Shown: positions 62,901-64,000 of the stretch, piece after piece | Layout of the letters: the number at the start of each line of letters is the position of its first letter | How positions within the stretch are numbered: position 1 is the stretch's first letter | Assembly: GCA_030704615.1 (NCBI GenBank) | Contig: CM060733.1 | Location: forward strand, 10,788,001-10,852,000 | Source: Takakia lepidozioides | Lineage: Eukaryota > Plantae > Bryophyta | Length of the DNA: 64,000 nt | Direction: 5' to 3' | The notes under the pieces: model-generated | Told to the model about the DNA's origin: nothing | What the model saw: the letters and a program-made list of their open reading frames with translations, nothing else | Database searches by the model: none | Program-made: the position numbers and the translations under genes

Positions 62901-63166
62901 AAATCGGTTGTCATGGTGGACGTCCCTGGTTCAAACAAATATGTTGCCACTGCTTCCAGTTGACCCTCTATCCATGCAGGTTTCTTGTAGCTATCAACCC
63001 ACAGTCCCTCGTTGGCACTCTTGTGCTTGAAATCTGGTCCTCTGGGACGGATCTGCAACCATAGTCCATCCTGCCTCCAATAACAAGATCCCATCCTATG
63101 CTGAATTGCTGGCAAAAGCGTGTGAGGGAGAGGCAGATAATGACATTTTACAAGAAAGTTTTTCAA
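59924..63166 (-). CDS. PLS-class PPR protein with E1/E2 and an intact DYW cytidine deaminase domain (organellar C-to-U editing factor); true start may lie in an upstream exon
   Basis: Regular PLS triplets, PG box (KVPGRCCIEV), HSEKLA, CGDCH, terminal CSCGEYW. The ORF begins at TTG; the first in-frame ATG is at MGSCYW. Confidence 0.95.
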   Translation of the reverse strand: MKNFLVKCHYLPLPHTLLPAIQHRMGSCYWRQDGLWLQIRPRGPDFKHKSANEGLWVDSYKKPAWIEGQLEAVATYLFEPGTSTMTTDFERGPREEVHKNSSGTSGIVRTLCKAGQLRHVLQNLNEQGISADSNTYIYLLQECIRMKGLADGKQVHAHIIQNGFKPNLFLYNTLINMYAKCGSVVDARLVFDKMPERNMFTWTILMAGYAKHGYGRKALDTYEKMIGEGFMPDRVTFLCALKACVSLGALEKAKEVHADIIKARIMPNVTLENTLIDMYAKCRSMTDARKVFDNMAQRAVVSWNAMITGYAQHGCGREALETYEQMIQEGVMPDRVTFICAVKACSSLGALEKGREVHADFIKAGIQPDIILDCALVAMYAKCGSINDARKVFDNMAHRDLVSWNAMITGYAQHRCGREALETYEQMEQEGVMPNQVTFVCILNACANLAALEKGKEIHANIVKAGIETNTILQNTLIDMYCKCGSIKDARQVFESMGERDVVSWNAMISGYAQNGYVREALATYELMICEGVVLDRVTFICVLNTCAGLAALEKGRQIHVNIIRAGVAVDIILGSALVNMYAKCGCGREALEAYEQMISQGVVPDQVAFICALNACASLAALERGKAIHADIVKAEIEPNIILQNSLVNMYAKCGNIKDARQVFDKMAQRDVVSWNVMITGYAKSGFGREASETYEQMIQEGGMPDKVTFISILNACACLVALEKGKEIHADIIKAGIGPDIILDSALVNMYAKCGSLKEGRQIFDNMAEQDMVSWSAMIAGYAQHGYGRDALQLFDQMQQEGLKVDRITLTCVLSACSHGGLVDEGRHYFYSLSQRHGLIPSMEHFGCMVDLLGRAGHLDEAENFINNMPIKPDVLVWGALLGACKIHGNVDMAERAAKGLLKCNPQHAATYVMLSNIYAAAGRWVDAAKVRKMMKDIGVRKVPGRCCIEVNNRVHTFIVDDKAHPQIKEIHAQLKRLSVQMKEAGYVPDTRFALHNVDEEQKQVSLCYHSEKLAIAYGLLSLPSGMPICIIKNLRVCGDCHTATKFISKIVERAIVVRDANRFHHFQDGVCSCGEYW

Positions 63167-64000
63167 AGCATCTTGTTGTCTGCCTCGGCTGTAACATAAC
63201 AGGCATCAACCTTTCTGCCTCAATTGTTCCTCCAGTGACTCTGGTTTGAAACACGTTCCTTCCAAACATTCTCCTTGTCTCTATTTTGGCTTTTAGAATA
63301 GTTGCCTGCAATCCCAATAGCAACATGTCAAAAACTCAGATCATCAGAGATACCCTACGAGCTACCTTACCAAGCCAATGATAAAAATGCAGTCTACTTG
63401 CTGTGTAAGCGAACCCCAGGTGGAAAAGGGGAAAAGAAAGAGGCATGAAAAAGGGGTAAACTCAATCACCTGATCCATCTGATAAAGAAACCCATGAAAT
63501 TCTTAACGTACTGTTACGACACTTACCCCTAGCTGCATCCAGTGTTTGCAATTCACCCTCCACCCAAGAAACATTGCTATCAATCCATAGAGTGTCATCT
63601 GCACTCTTGTGCTTGAAGTTTGGTCTTCTAGGATGAATCTGCACTTCGCACTCAATCCATTCAGCTATTATGGTCTCCACAACAAAAAAAAAAGTACAGA
63701 TTCTCCCTCACTGCAAGTAGCAACAATAACATTCCCTACTTTATATAGCAGCATCCACCCCTAACTACCAAATCCTAGCTCCTATGGCAAATCTGTGGCG
63801 AGACTTAGAAACAGTGTGAAAAGGATGGCTGGAAAACGTCGGCTCCGGAATACCCTATCGTACAAGCGATAGGGTATTGTTTGAAGGGCTGGCATTGGTA
63901 TCATATTGGGAGCACGCTATTGATATCAGCTGTGCTACATCATCCCTCCATCTATGACGCATGTGGGTTGCTGCAATACCAGTTGCACTTCGCCCAGTAC

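Overview
Eukaryotic genomic DNA from a land plant, most likely a non-seed plant or bryophyte (short GT-AG introns, very regular PLS-PPR arrays; lineage is inference). The left arm holds three spliced host genes: a plastid-type NAD(P)-binding Rossmann protein with a long acidic/amphipathic N-terminal region, a myosin TH1-domain protein, and a receptor-like kinase with an extra C-terminal domain. The centre (~15.9-49.4 kb) is a nest of transposons: (i) a decayed MULE carrying a Ulp1 protease gene (KAONASHI/VANDAL-like layout); (ii) a probable Ty3/gypsy LTR retrotransposon on the minus strand whose polyprotein has a C5 cytosine DNA methyltransferase domain right after the protease and a 4-kb satellite in its leader, apparently inserted into a second MULE-like/SWIM transposase, with a 500-N gap cutting the methyltransferase; (iii) a Copia element whose RT is interrupted by a CACTA-terminated insert carrying four copies of a fragment of the neighbouring PPR gene's 5' coding region. 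The right arm holds two paralogous PLS-PPR genes (one intact DYW editing factor, one with a decayed DYW tail), an intronless SKIP16-like F-box gene between them, and a TTAA-flanked piggyBac-like MITE. The most striking system is the methyltransferase-carrying retrotransposon. All calls come from manual motif and splice-site reading; no searches were run.
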